DNA of 63,922 nt, filler included, from Collodictyon triciliatum (lineage: Eukaryota): assembly GCA_043381765.1 (NCBI GenBank). It is 6 parts of 6 records of this genome, joined end to end, with 100 filler letters (N's around TTAATTAATTAA, not from the genome) between each part and the next. Parts side by side here need not be neighbours in the genome. Positions count along the whole stretch, not along the records: positions 1 to 17,167 come from JBHJMP010002032.1; positions 17,268 to 30,442 come from JBHJMP010002033.1; 4 more parts are not named here. One strand, 5' to 3'. The notes under the pieces are model-generated. The model searched no databases and was not told where the DNA came from. It was given only the letters and a program-made list of their open reading frames with translations. Shown here one piece after another: positions 11,601 to 23,784 of this stretch; positions within the stretch are counted from its first letter, which is position 1, and every line of letters starts with the position of its first letter. The translations under genes were made by a program, and so were the position numbers.

Positions 11601-14600
11601 CACTATCCTTAACTTCATCCTTGGTCAACTTGGCGACAGGAATCAGCTGCAACCCACTTTTTTCGGCAGACTTGTAATTGATAAAAAAATTTTTTTTTAT
11701 TGAATCCCGCCTAAATCATTCACAATTACAGGATGAACAAATAGAATTTTTGCAATAAATACCGTGCAAGATTCATGAGTATCAATGGTAGAAACAACCA
11801 TGGCTACATTTGCTGGTGTTTCTTTTGGCAACCAGCTCAGTAGATGCGGGGCTGGAGTTCCTTGCGATTGATAGATTTGATTGATGGCGTCGATGATGAA
11901 GACAAACTTTTCGTCTCTAAAAATGATAATAATTAAATAAATTGCTATTTCAACAGCGAACCAATAAAATTTGAATACTTGGAATGGACGCAAATGTTAC
12001 TTGTTTTTCTCTTGAATCATTTTCAGCAAGCCATGTAGTCCCTCTTTTATGTATTCTGGGAGAAAAATAAAAAAGTTTTCAATATTTTCATGAAATTTCA
12101 AATGAAAGATGAAAATAAGACAATATTCAGAAATAAAATACCAGTTTCGTGGTTCTTTAGCACCGTAAAGTCTTTTGTGTTTGTGACCAGATTCCAGAAG
12201 CGAATCGAAACACTTCAAAAATGTATATTTGTATAAAAAGCCGCAAAATTAATATAAAGCTTATCTTTAAATCAGAAAGAAATGAAAAGAACAAACCTTT
12301 CCACGTAGTTGCTGAGATTAGTGCATCCGACAAAATGGAAAAAGATGTTCAGTCCAGGATGCTTCAGGCCTTCCAGGTCTCTCGCTGTAGCAGCCATGAG
12401 CGACGACTTACCAATTCCAGACTCAGCAGCAAGAACGATGATTTTGGACTTCTCTACGCTGAGTTGATTCATAGCCTGACAAAATTTAAACTATAAGAAA
12501 AGCCAAACGAAAGGGAAAAAATATGTTGTCATTTTAATTCCATTATTTTTCAGCTTACTTTCTCTGTTATTGTCTTGAGGAGCTCCTTTCTTCCACTAAA
12601 CCCAGCCAGTCGGTGCATCTTGAACTGGTGCTGCGCTTGGTCTTCAGGGTCTCTCACCTGGTATATGGTATGATTTGAACAAAATATAAACAATATATTC
12701 TATGTCCAATAAATATCGAAGTCTCCTTGCTGATCAAAACAAAAGATACGATTTGATTTCCAAAGTCACGCTCGATGGCATAGGTGAGGTGGTGGGTCAC
12801 CAAGAACGAATACTGATACGCTCCTTTGTAAACAACATGCCCGAACTTGGCCATGACTTTCCCTTTCAGCTCCTCCTGTCTTTTACGCTGGAATCATATA
12901 TACATCAATATCAAATCATTTCATTTCATAGAAATATTAATATAGCTGGAAAAATATAAAAATAATTCTGCCAATTTCTTTACAGCCTCTTCGCTTTCAG
13001 CATGGAACAGCCTCCTTTCTTCCTCGCTCTTGGCATGTTGGATAGCATAGTGTTCATCACGGAGGTAGAAGAATGCGCGGCTGCATGCTGGTTTGTCAAT
13101 CAGACAGGCATGTTGAATCTGAACAGAATTTAATCAAGAAAACGACTTTTTTAATTTCTCTGTAATATTCACCATGATGAAAAATACCTAATAAAACATT
13201 TATATTAATTTCACCTCGTATTCAGTCACACTCAACCCAGGCATTCCATTGATAAAAGGGAAGCGGCTATTGGTTTCACTGCGCCATTCCACCCAAATAT
13301 CCTTCATGGTGGCATCAGGTTTGGTATTCAGCAGCTCCTCAAGGCGGGCTTGTTTGTTCAAATCAGTCTTACTTTGGTCAGGAATCCAGCCATAACGCGC
13401 ACCAAGAGAGCACACAAAGTATGGGCATTTTCCAATTGAATCCAGGCAGCGAATCACAACCTATGAAAAATGAAGAAATTTGGGTTCTCCATTTTTTAGA
13501 ACTCAAATGCCATTAAAATTACACAAAATATGGAAGGTTGTAATTATTATTTGATTACCCATCCCTCACTACTGTCCTCAGAAGTCAGTCCCCAGCGCAA
13601 ATCGATAAAAACAAGGTCCAATCCCTTCGATTTTGCAAGTCTTTTCAACCTGATATGTATATAATAAAATTGTGAGTAGATTGAATAATGACCTTTAATG
13701 ATTGATTTATTTAATCCATTCAATAAAATAGTAGGATGACTTACTCAGGGGCTCCATTCTTGAAGAACTCGTCTCTTTCATGCTGCATGTCACGAAAAGT
13801 CGAGGAAAGGAATACGCGGATGACACGCTCATCAAAGACTATGGATGGCAATGGTGTCGCGGTCACATATCTTTGTGGGGCCGGATTCCACTTCTTGTAT
13901 TGCCTCTCCTTCAGGTCTTCACGAGCAAGCTTCATCTGGTTTGGATTTGAGATTATATCTCACAAAAAAGAAGATGAATGAATTTGATTTTTTTTTCATT
14001 TTTGATATTAATTGATTGCCTTGTCAAGAAGAATGCAAGTGCGGATGAGCACGACAGAGCCTTTTTCTTCCAAACCGAAGCCTTTATAAATCATTATAAT
14101 CATATTTTACAGATAAATCCAAAATAATTTGCATAAAATTTAAATGATGATATAAGTAGATCTTATTCCAACCATGAAACGGAAACGGAGCCTTCGCTCT
14201 TTCGTAGAGCTTCTTGGCAATATCGTACCTCTCACGACATTTTTTCTACATTTTTTTAAATGACCAGCCTTAAATTCCAAGACAAGCTATCAAATCAAAA
14301 ACTTATTGAAAGGAATAAAAAAAAGATATTGTTACGCCTAGGCTCCCCAAATGACCAACACTTTTTCCAATAAGATGATGTATGGTGGGACTAACGATAT
14401 CTGTAATACAAATGAATTTTCATCCGTGCATAAAAATTTTTAGTGGTTGATGACAAAACAAAACAAAAAATGGAAATTCAAGCAAACCTTTGTATCGACC
14501 ATGAACAGCAGAAGCCTCGTCAGGCACATTCAATTTAAGAAACCAATCAAGGATGAGTCTTTGATTCTCGTCAACAAGCACCTCCTCCTCAATCGCTTTG

Positions 14601-14974
14601 TCACTGAAAAGGAGCGATTAAGTATCAAATCATGAAGAATAGATTGATTGAGGATCATATAAATGGAAATGGAAATCATACGCAAACAAGCGGGAATGGT
14701 AGCTTCCCGGAGACTTTCCAGTGATCATCTCGATCAGCATGGCCAAAAAGAAGCCATCCACAAAGTCGTCACGGATGTTCTTCGCCTTGAGCTCAATTTT
14801 CTCCAGCTGATGGTTCACCCATTCGAGAACCGCCTGTGCCAGTTTTTGGTGCAAGTAATCAGATAAATTCTAAAACACCAAATAATTATCATTACAAAAA
14901 CGTGTGCATAAACAAACCTCGTCAATGGTGACAAGGCTGGCGTTGGCCTCGGTGCTTGCTTCGGTTGTGGACAT
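5625..14974 (-). CDS. NLR/STAND-like protein: CH-like N-terminus, DUF4062, NACHT-type P-loop NTPase (NPHP3/TEP1-like), TPRs, pentapeptide repeats, 13 WD40, Sel1-like repeats
   Basis: ATG at 14974 (MSTTEAST). CH-like LAQAVLEWVNHQL...DDFVDGFFLAMLIEMITGK. DUF4062 RVIRVFLSSTFRDMQHERD...FIDLRWG...CPYFVCSLGARYGW. Walker A AESGIGKS, Walker B FVFIIDAINQ. TPR exons 8798-9941. A 70-nt GT-AG intron (8797-8728) joins in frame to the 3.1-kb last exon (ELQR/LDQVLEYFQKA). Stop TAG at 5625-5627. One GC-AG intron (donor 14019). Confidence 0.85.
6220..7967 (-). repeat. Coding tandem array of 13 x 135-nt (45-aa) WD40 units
   Basis: Consensus IKTLEGHxxxVxSVCSIQGPNGExWLASGSxDxTIRIWDVxTGxQ occurs 13 times; DNA-level similarity between units is obvious. 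Confidence 0.95.
8798..9941 (-). repeat. Six consecutive symmetric phase-2 exons, one 42-aa TPR period each
   Basis: Exons 9941-9819 (123 nt) and 9745-9620, 9521-9396, 9313-9188, 9128-9003, 8923-8798 (126 nt each). All are GT-AG bounded and open, with kinesin-light-chain-type LGxxHPxVA motifs. Confidence 0.9.
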
Positions 14975-16879
14975 GCTTTCAATATTCTTTTGCTTAATTG
15001 GTATTTTGAATAAGAAATTGTTTAAGAGTTATATTTTTGCCTAATTATCAACAAGTCATCGATTCAAATCAACCAATGCTGCTTTTTTTATTTATGGATA
15101 TCTTCTAAGCCCTTTCGATGCACATGTTGAATGCATTTTGGGAATATTTTAAAGACTATCGATTTATCATAATATCCTTCTTTCTTAGAGCTAAAGACAT
15201 TGTGAACTCTGAATAAGATGTTATCATGCTTCTATTTTTCATCAGAAAAACAATTTTCAACTACTAGAATATATCTCTCGATGTGTGGTGAATTCCATCA
15301 ACATTTCTTTGATTGGATATTTGATTTATTCAATCCTTTTTATTGTTAACACTATTTATATATGTCCCATGCATCATACAACCAAAATAATCATTCAATT
15401 GATGCTAGATAGGTCACATATAATTCGTATATATAGGAAATAGTATGTAGAGAAACCCGACGAGATGAATCAGTTTATTTCTGGTCGATGTTAATACATT
15501 TCTTTTAATACTAGTTGAATACTGGTATAGTGATTGGATAAAAATGTGGTCATTAAATATGTTCTCGCATAATACCACATATATTACCGAAATGAGAACA
15601 CAATACTGATTTTAAAATCAACATCCTTCAATTGGACCTCCTCTTTGATATGAGAGGATTTTTCGTACAGTTCGGATACATTATTACCAAAAGATTATCG
15701 CATATGTTTTCCATATTGCATCTGCTCACCCTTCATTCAACTTCTGAGTGCTTTTCACAAGCTCCTGACAGTAGCTAGGATATTGTCCATGATAAGTAGT
15801 TTCGTGAATGAATCTTGATTTTTGAAGAAAATTTTTTACTAATCCTCAAAGAAAAATTAGCTCATACTGCGAATAATATGATGGAAAGGGGTTTCCAAGT
15901 TATTTCATCTCTCGGCCGTGGCGAACCTTTCGAGGGTTTTAAGTTGCGGAAAAGTTTCTGTGCATCCTTTGGGTTAACGGAAGAGCCGGATGGTAACTTT
16001 CTCTTCGCAATGGCCATAATGATTTAGGACTTTGACAATTTCTTTCTTTTCTTAGTTGTTAGCGTGATAATTCTGTGCCAACTAGTATTTACCTCGAAGG
16101 CGGACGTAGCAGTAGAGTCCATACAGACTCTGCTCCCAGGTGCTCCTTGATCGGCGGGTCGGTGTGGCTGAAGAGCGTTGATTGAGAAGGGGTTTGATTC
16201 TTTTGCGAACAACTATCCTTTTAAGCTGGTGGGATGGCCTCAGAAATCGGGGTTGTCTCCATGCTGTTATTCCGCCCAAGGTATAGAAAGGAATAAAAGG
16301 TAAAAAAAAAAAGGTATAAGAGGTATAAAAGAACAGTAAATCTGCAATACAGTAACACTGACTGAGACTCTCCCGTTTTCTACATTTTGTTCCCGGCTGA
16401 TCGCGTGCACGAAAACGAGGCAAAGAATGGAACTGTAAAATCCTGAAGGCACGTGCCTCGACCGCCAACCAAGGATATATTATTTAGAAGCTGATTCATC
16501 AGCCAGCAGAGTTGAAGAAGCGTCGGTAAGGCAAAGAAAAAATCTTCATTCAAAGCCGCTTAGGTAAGAATGTTACGAATTAAAAGTATATATATCAAGA
16601 GGAATATTAGATAATTAACATACTTCAAACAGTGCTATGCGGTACATCAGATGGCAGCTAGGTTGATTGTATTTTATAATGTATAGATTCCAGATATGGA
16701 TTTTGACAATTACTCCTTTCCGTAATAATTCATTTTCGATCTGTTCCCTTTTTTGTACGCAGGTGAGGGAGGACGGAAGATTGTGATTTTGCTAAATCTA
16801 CACCTAGCTGCGGATAAATGAAATCTACTATTTTACTCTGCCTTTATATGATGGAGAACACAACATAAATCGCAATCAC

Positions 16880-17167
16880 TAAAGGATTCGCAAACTGCAG
16901 CCAGTTCTTTAAATTCCAACACTGGCGCGGAAAAACCCCGAGTTGCACGCAAGTCCAGGAAGACCCGTGCAAGGAAGCCGCCTGCAAGTCTGTATGAGAG
17001 ACAGTATTTTTGCACGGGTCGAGCAAGTCGTTTACAACAAGAACAAGGCCCGCAGGCCCACAGATGCACTCGCCTCCTTCTTGAAAGCGAACAAACTTTG
17101 GGAAGAGTCCATCCAATTGCGCTTACCGGACAGCGAAGGCCTTTGCCTGATCGCCTTCCGCACTGCA
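16880..17167 (+). mobile_element. Fragment of a dispersed repeat (putative non-LTR retrotransposon ORF1), truncated by the scaffold end
   Basis: Closely similar to about 54950-55232 (CCAACACTGGCGCGGAAAAACCCC...TTCCGCACTGCA); shared peptide ANKLWEESIQLRLPDSEGLCLIAFRTA. Confidence 0.65.
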
Positions 17168-17267
17168 NNNNNNNNNNNNNNNNNNNNNNNNNNNNNNNNN
17201 NNNNNNNNNNNTTAATTAATTAANNNNNNNNNNNNNNNNNNNNNNNNNNNNNNNNNNNNNNNNNNNN
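17168..17267. other. Artificial scaffold linker
   Basis: N44-TTAATTAATTAA-N44 (stop codons in all six frames). Confidence 0.97.
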
Positions 17268-17704
17268 GAGATGGTAAGATGAATCCCTGCCAATTGCTGG
17301 CTAAGGACACGATACTTTCCGATATATTGTTCTTGGTTGAAAACCTGGTAGTCGAGCTCTTGGGAGGGGTTTTCTTCAGGAGCGGTCAGGGTCGCAGATC
17401 GAAAGCCAGCTCTCTCTCTCTCTGATTAGGTAGTGTTAGCTACTTGATCGGTTTAAACAACTTTTGAAAATCGCATGAACGTTTGCAATTTTGGACGAGA
17501 CATAGAGAATGAGAGGGTACCCACCAAACAATACTCCCTTTTCTTTCCTCGTTTCTTTCCGTTTTTCTTTCCATTATTTCTTTCCATTTTTCTTTTCTCT
17601 TTTTTTTTTCATTTGGTGCCAGATCTTTTATTTAAAAAAATCTTTTTTTCAATTACTCGTTGGTTAACAACAAAGAGTTTTCAATTGCCAGGTTTAGGGA
17701 GGTC

Positions 17705-17855
17705 AATAATAATAACAATAATAATAACAATAATAATAACAATAATAATAACAATAATAATAACAATAATAATAACAATAATAGTAATAATAGTAATAAT
17801 AGTAATAATAGTAATAGTAATAGAAATAATAATGATAATATTAATAGTAATAGTA

Positions 17856-17891
<36 letters not shown>

Positions 17892-17925
17892 GTAATAGTA
17901 ATAGTAATAGTAATAATAATAAATA
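17705..17925. repeat. (AAT)n/(AATAGT)n microsatellite
   Basis: Direct observation. Confidence 0.95.
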
Positions 17926-18102
17926 ATTCTTTTATTCAATTCAAGGGGATGGTCTTAACAATTTTCTACAGTCCAACGTACAAAAAGAAAATAAATATAA
18001 ATTAACCAACAATTTCATTTATGAGTGCTGGATTTAATATTTACATTTTTTCAATACTTAAAAAGAAACCGAGCTGGAAGATATCATTGGCGTTGCTTGA
18101 AT

Positions 18103-19980
18103 ATGGATGTTTGGAGTGGTATCAAAGCAAATCATAGCGATCCTGTCATCGCATGGGCCGAAAACTCATCCATTCGAAACTGTAATGACAATATGGAAAA
18201 TCTACCTCTATCCACTTGCGAACCAGTATGCAAGTCTTCAAATGTAAAAAAAGAGGAAGGAGAGAGCTCTTCATCCTCTCAACCCAAGAAAACAGCTAGC
18301 GAATCCAACCACGCAAAACTTGTATTGAGGAAGAGTTTTAATCTTGTGGAGAGAAGAAAAACGATACTTTCATTGCTTATAAAGAACAGAATTATATTCA
18401 AAAAGTTACTTTTTATATACAAGCACCCAATTACCACAATCATAATAACACTGTCATGGCTCATTTGCCACGTAAATGTTATGGCCATATGTTTTAGAGT
18501 TCCTGTCATGTCCAACGAAATATATGTTCCTTTACAATTAGTGTTCACATTGAATTTCTGCATACTCAACTTTGTTTTCATCCGGGTTGACATAGTGAGG
18601 CAATTAGCAAAATCATTCAATTTCTGGTTCACTATTTGGAGTGTCATATCATTCCATGTGTGCTACCTTATACTATGGGGACCAAAGGTTGAATCGTTTT
18701 GTGCAGTGGGACATTCTCTATCGAGTATTGTTTTACTCATACTTTTCGATGCTCATGCTAGGAAACATCTCATGGTGATGAAAATAGCTTCCGTGCTTGG
18801 AACGTTATCATATATTCCGTTGACTGTCGTAAGTATGTTTCGCTTGGTTGATTTTAACAACGAGATATTCTATTACCCCGATTACGGCAATTTTGAAGTT
18901 GTTAATATTAGGCTTCAAGCTGTGGACAATTTTATTACATTGATTGTCTATTTACTGCGAATTAACTTCAATCACATTATGTCGAAAAAAGCCACAAAGG
19001 TAGCTTTCCTCTCTGATTTCTACACAATTGATATAAAAGGTGGACGTTTACATGAAATGGTTCAATCAAGTGAGCCACCTCGACCGTCTTCATTAAGATT
19101 AAACTCAATCGTACCGCATTCAAACGTTGGGGGTGTTGGCCCAGATGCAGCTATTGACCAAAATGCCACAGAAAATGTAAAGAAACATGACAACCATAAT
19201 GATATTCCATCTGAAATCAATGATTTTCAAAATGTAGATTCACAAAAGTACATCCTCATAGGGATATTGGAGAACAAAACCATTGATTATGATACAAGTA
19301 ACACTTTATATTCCAGATTCATCGCAAATAGTTACCCATTAATAATCCGGGTCATAAAATCAAAATGGTATACATCCGTTGGGGTGACCATTAATATTTT
19401 TGCTATTTTTTCGTCATTTGCTCTCGGTTTCGGTTTTGACCTAGGGGAGAACATAAAAATATTAGGTATAATCATAACATTTGTTGCAATAGTATTCATC
19501 TTAATTCAAATGCTCACATCATGCAATCTGGGTATGCTCAAGTACATCACGAAATCATTTGATTTTTGGTATATGATATATTTGGCCCTCAAAATATTTA
19601 TATCTATTGGCATGCTCTGTAACTGGGACATAAGGATGATATTCTGTCTTTATACTATTCTTGCTGTCAATTGGTGCGTTGTAATCGACAGCTTTCCTTT
19701 CCCATTTAGAAAGCTGGCATATTTGGCAGTTTTGGGCTCGATGTGGATGATTTCAGCTGCCATTTTATGCAAATTCAATCTGGGTGAAACTTTTATGGAG
19801 GACAAATCCATATACATGCTAGATAGACAGCTCATGTCGTCAAGAATAACCTTCTCAAACTCAATATTTTCAATTTCTATATTCACCCTCCGATTCTTTT
19901 GGAGCTATTACAAGAACCCAAATAGACTGCTTTTCATAACTGAAAATATCAGCATCGAGGAGATAAAACACTCCAATTGA
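18103..19980 (+). CDS. Intronless multi-pass membrane protein with two homologous TM halves, function unknown
   Basis: Uninterrupted ORF, first ATG at 18103, stop TGA. Repeated motif RVDIVRQLAKSFNFWF vs NLGMLKYITKSFDFWY, each within a multi-helix hydrophobic block; the blocks are separated by a polar linker. Confidence 0.75.
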   Translation: MDVWSGIKANHSDPVIAWAENSSIRNCNDNMENLPLSTCEPVCKSSNVKKEEGESSSSSQPKKTASESNHAKLVLRKSFNLVERRKTILSLLIKNRIIFKKLLFIYKHPITTIIITLSWLICHVNVMAICFRVPVMSNEIYVPLQLVFTLNFCILNFVFIRVDIVRQLAKSFNFWFTIWSVISFHVCYLILWGPKVESFCAVGHSLSSIVLLILFDAHARKHLMVMKIASVLGTLSYIPLTVVSMFRLVDFNNEIFYYPDYGNFEVVNIRLQAVDNFITLIVYLLRINFNHIMSKKATKVAFLSDFYTIDIKGGRLHEMVQSSEPPRPSSLRLNSIVPHSNVGGVGPDAAIDQNATENVKKHDNHNDIPSEINDFQNVDSQKYILIGILENKTIDYDTSNTLYSRFIANSYPLIIRVIKSKWYTSVGVTINIFAIFSSFALGFGFDLGENIKILGIIITFVAIVFILIQMLTSCNLGMLKYITKSFDFWYMIYLALKIFISIGMLCNWDIRMIFCLYTILAVNWCVVIDSFPFPFRKLAYLAVLGSMWMISAAILCKFNLGETFMEDKSIYMLDRQLMSSRITFSNSIFSISIFTLRFFWSYYKNPNRLLFITENISIEEIKHSN

Positions 19981-20634
19981 CCTCTAGGGTATTACAGAAA
20001 TAAAGGGCATCTTTCCATTAACCCAGGAACGAATTATTTCTAAATTCCCTTTCTTCCTTCATCGCCATAGTGAGAAATGGCTGTGTGCGGTCATTACCCA
20101 CCTTCATCTTGATACATGCTGACTCTATCTATTCGATGAATCAAATTAATGGGTCTCTACTTCTTTTGTGCACCTTTTACGTTTATGTTGCCAATCAATT
20201 ATTATTTTTTTTCATTCTCGTTTATCTGTAATTTGGAGACCGTTTCTGCTTTAAAATCCTTTATATATACTCCGACAACTGTTTGAATCGTAATTATAAG
20301 CAAATTATCGATATTTGATATCCTAAATTGATGCTAGGTTTTATCTTATTTTATCTCTATTCTTCCTTTTGGTGAGCACAGGCTAAGAAGGATTGGCGTT
20401 TGTTCGCTTGTGTATTTGTTTTTTACGCATTCGTTTCTTAAGTTTTTTTTTCATTCCACTGTCTCTTGTAGCTTTTTTTCTCCGTTCTTATTGGTTTTAT
20501 AAAAAAAATAAAAAAAAGAAGGAATGGGTAATATTTGATAATATATTCGTTTATATATTCTGTTGGAGAAACCAGAACATGCTATTAGATATAATATATT
20601 GAATACTGTCATCTTGTCTTTAGTACAACGTGTT

Positions 20635-21429
20635 TCAAGGGCATAAAGGCCCATCAAGTCTTGTGGCATAGGATGGATTAAGAGAAGATTGCTCTCCTTG
20701 GGTTTGGTGTGGTTCAGAGCGACCAAACTCTTCTTCATTGGTGGTCTGGTTTGCGTCCGATGTGTGGCGACCTGCACTGGTTAGGTCTGAGGGACTCCAG
20801 CATGTCGGACAGACCTTGTTACGAGTTAGCCACTGGCGCAGACATCTGGAATGGTATAGATGCCCACAAGGTAGTTTGTGAGCCTGCATCATATCTTCAT
20901 GGCAAATGACACATGTGCGGTCTCGGGAAGACAAAACCTCATCAGGGATACGCGGATATCTTTAAAACCATTTCAATCAGTAATAAATAGAAAACATACA
21001 CACAGGAAGTAATCATCATACGATGGCAGTACAAACGGTGAAACGGCCCATCATAATGGACAGTACCCTCAAAAGTGTATTGGTAAGGACTGATTACCTT
21101 TGCTCAAATACGAGTAGCAAATTCCTGTAAGATGGCAATTCTGTTTGCAGAAGAACAAGGCGATTGAAGTGGATAAAAACTTCGGATAGTTCATACCAGA
21201 CACATTCATAGAAGATAAATGTAGAGATAAGGTACAAAATAGAGACAATCAACAGGATTCCATTCTCCGCAATTCCTAAGTAGAGTCTAGAAAGGACATC
21301 GTCCTCGTTCGAATGTGAGTGGCTTGGCTGCTTTTTTTCTTCGCTTATCATTCTCAAGAATTTGACATAGATAATCAATCCTGAGGATAGTAAGAGACAG
21401 AACTGGGAAATAGTGTAATTTTTAGGTAA

Positions 21430-21525
<96 letters not shown>

Positions 21526-22499
21526 AATCAACGACTTTGAGATGTTTTGTACATAAAAAAACAATTTTATTCATTCAATAACATAAGAACCTCATAAAAG
21601 AAAACCAATGAAACTGAAACTCCGTTGTTCGCCATATTCACAAAACAAATACCAATAATGGCGATGTCCATATAAATAACAAGAGTTATTAGAAGCAAAA
21701 AGCGAGCTCCTCTCCATTTGTCTATGTATAAGCCACAAGGCTGTATCAAAGTTTAGGAAAAAAAGTTCTAATTGTGATGCACTCACGAATTTAGAGCGAA
21801 TTATAATAAAAAAAAAAAGGTGTAGATAATTGTCTACTATATGATTAATAGCCATACTTCTGAACTTACAAATTGTATTCTTTCATGGCACAACCGATGG
21901 AGCATTTTAGAGAACAACAGTACGGCATACAATGGAATATGGTATATGCGAGTTCTGTCCCTTAAAAATATGGCTACTAACAATGTCTTCGTTGCTTCGA
22001 TGCCAGCAGCTTCAACTAGTTTCTTAATTGTTTTCGTGAAAAATATGGCCAAGAGAAATGTATTAGTTCTGGTGAGATGACGGAAAGTATATCATAAAGA
22101 AAAAGGTAAGTAAATACGTAAGTTCTATCGATCTGATCACAGCTGTACTTCACTCTCGAAATCTTGGACTGAGCCGAGAAATACTTTTATGACGATCCCA
22201 TAACTCAGCAGGCCAGTGGCAAATAATAGGTTGAGTGTTGTCTGCGTCATGAGTGAATTAGATTTTACTACTAGGTTTAGTTTTGGACGAAAGGCCAGTT
22301 TTTCTCATAAACAATTATGCGAGGAATCCTTGCATTTTTCTTGTAATAAAAAAAGAAAATAAAAGAGGAGAAAAAGAAAAGGAAAAGAGGAAAAGAAAAA
22401 TAAAGAATGAAGAATGAAGGAAGAGAAGAGAAAATTGAACAGAAAAGAAAAATGAAAGAGAAAACCCCCGCCATTCACATATTAACCCCTCGAACAGAA

Positions 22500-22534
<35 letters not shown>

Positions 22535-22748
22535 AGCATACCAGCTCAAATGATACAGTATGCCCCAGGCGCGATAAAGTGACGTAGAAACTCGTGTCCA
22601 AGGTTATGCTGGGAAGAAAAGAACTGAGTGACAGCAAAAGGCTGGTCAGAAAGTAAATACCGACTCCGTTCATGCCCGAACTGTGGAGACTTCCGATGAA
22701 ATACGTAATGCTAGGAAGGACGGGCACGTTTACTGTTGTTATTAACAT
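20635..22748 (-). CDS. HRD1/AMFR(gp78)-like ERAD membrane RING-H2 E3 ligase
   Basis: Multi-exon TM region (LLFSKMLHRLCHERIQF) followed by CVICHEDMMQAHKLPCGHLYHSRCLRQWLTRNKVCPTC; start codon uncertain. Confidence 0.75.
21430..21526. repeat. (AAAG)n microsatellite
   Basis: Direct observation, intronic. Confidence 0.95.
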
Positions 22749-23784
22749 TGTTGACGTAGTCCCATTGGCACTCGGAGAGATACCAGTTTCTCCGGGGCCT
22801 CGCTTGCCCCAGTAAAGGGAAACGACAGCGGAAATAAAAAAAAAAATGAAAAAAAATGAATGACAAGCAAGGAAGCACAGAGATCCGGATCTGCAGTGCC
22901 AAAAGGGTGCCATGGCCAATGGAATAGAGTCACCAAATAACGTTATACATATTATATGAAAAGCACAATTATGTTATTTTAAAGATGTATAATTGGCACA
23001 TAGTGAAAATATAAAACTTGCAATATAATTTCCAGATGTAATAAACCTATTCCATTCTGGAAATTCTCAAATTAAGATATATTCTATGAATGTTCCGTTC
23101 TTATGGAATCTACGCAGTGTTGTTTTGTCGGATCTCACTGTTCGAAACTCACAAGTCTCTTTCCTGTACTTTGAGTCGCCTCTACACATCGACAAATCCA
23201 GCGGACTCTCAAAACCAGGTGAGAAATCGCTACCACATTCTCTATCCTTGGCACGGCAAAGTCAAACCTGTGTCGCCTGAAGGACAATGACAACGTTTCC
23301 CCTTCGTGAAGATGCAAGGCCACTACCCCGGTGGAAACTTATTTTTCATTGGAATCGCTGGGCAATCTTGCGCATCTTTCATTCAAATCGATGGAGGAAA
23401 TATTTTCTCAACGACAAGGCACACACAAAAATTTCGGTATCGTGTCCTATCGAGTCCATACACCGTCAATCAAATCTCACCGCCGGACCGAATTCGATCG
23501 CAAACCACTCTTTCCAAGCCTGCATGGAATCCCCTTGTCCCTTGCCTCTTGTTCATGACCCCCTATTGTTCTTTCGAAACCAGTTCACATGAAGCAAACG
23601 AAAATCCTGAGAACCTTACTCTCTGGATGAAATTACATGATCTTGTGATCACATACCACTCTTATGCACGAAGGAGCTGATTGCTGCCGACCTTTTATTC
23701 AGCTATATAACATATCCTAACACTAACCATTGCTCTTCAACCTTGTTTTATTTATATCATCGTCTTCCCCCGCTGCGTTGTAGA

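Noticed and set aside
15815-16800. Short ORFs and exon-like pieces upstream of the NLR-like gene (also 5040-5400, 17268-17540, 26270-26430, 60640-61270)
   Set aside because: No consistent spliced frame or recognisable family could be built.
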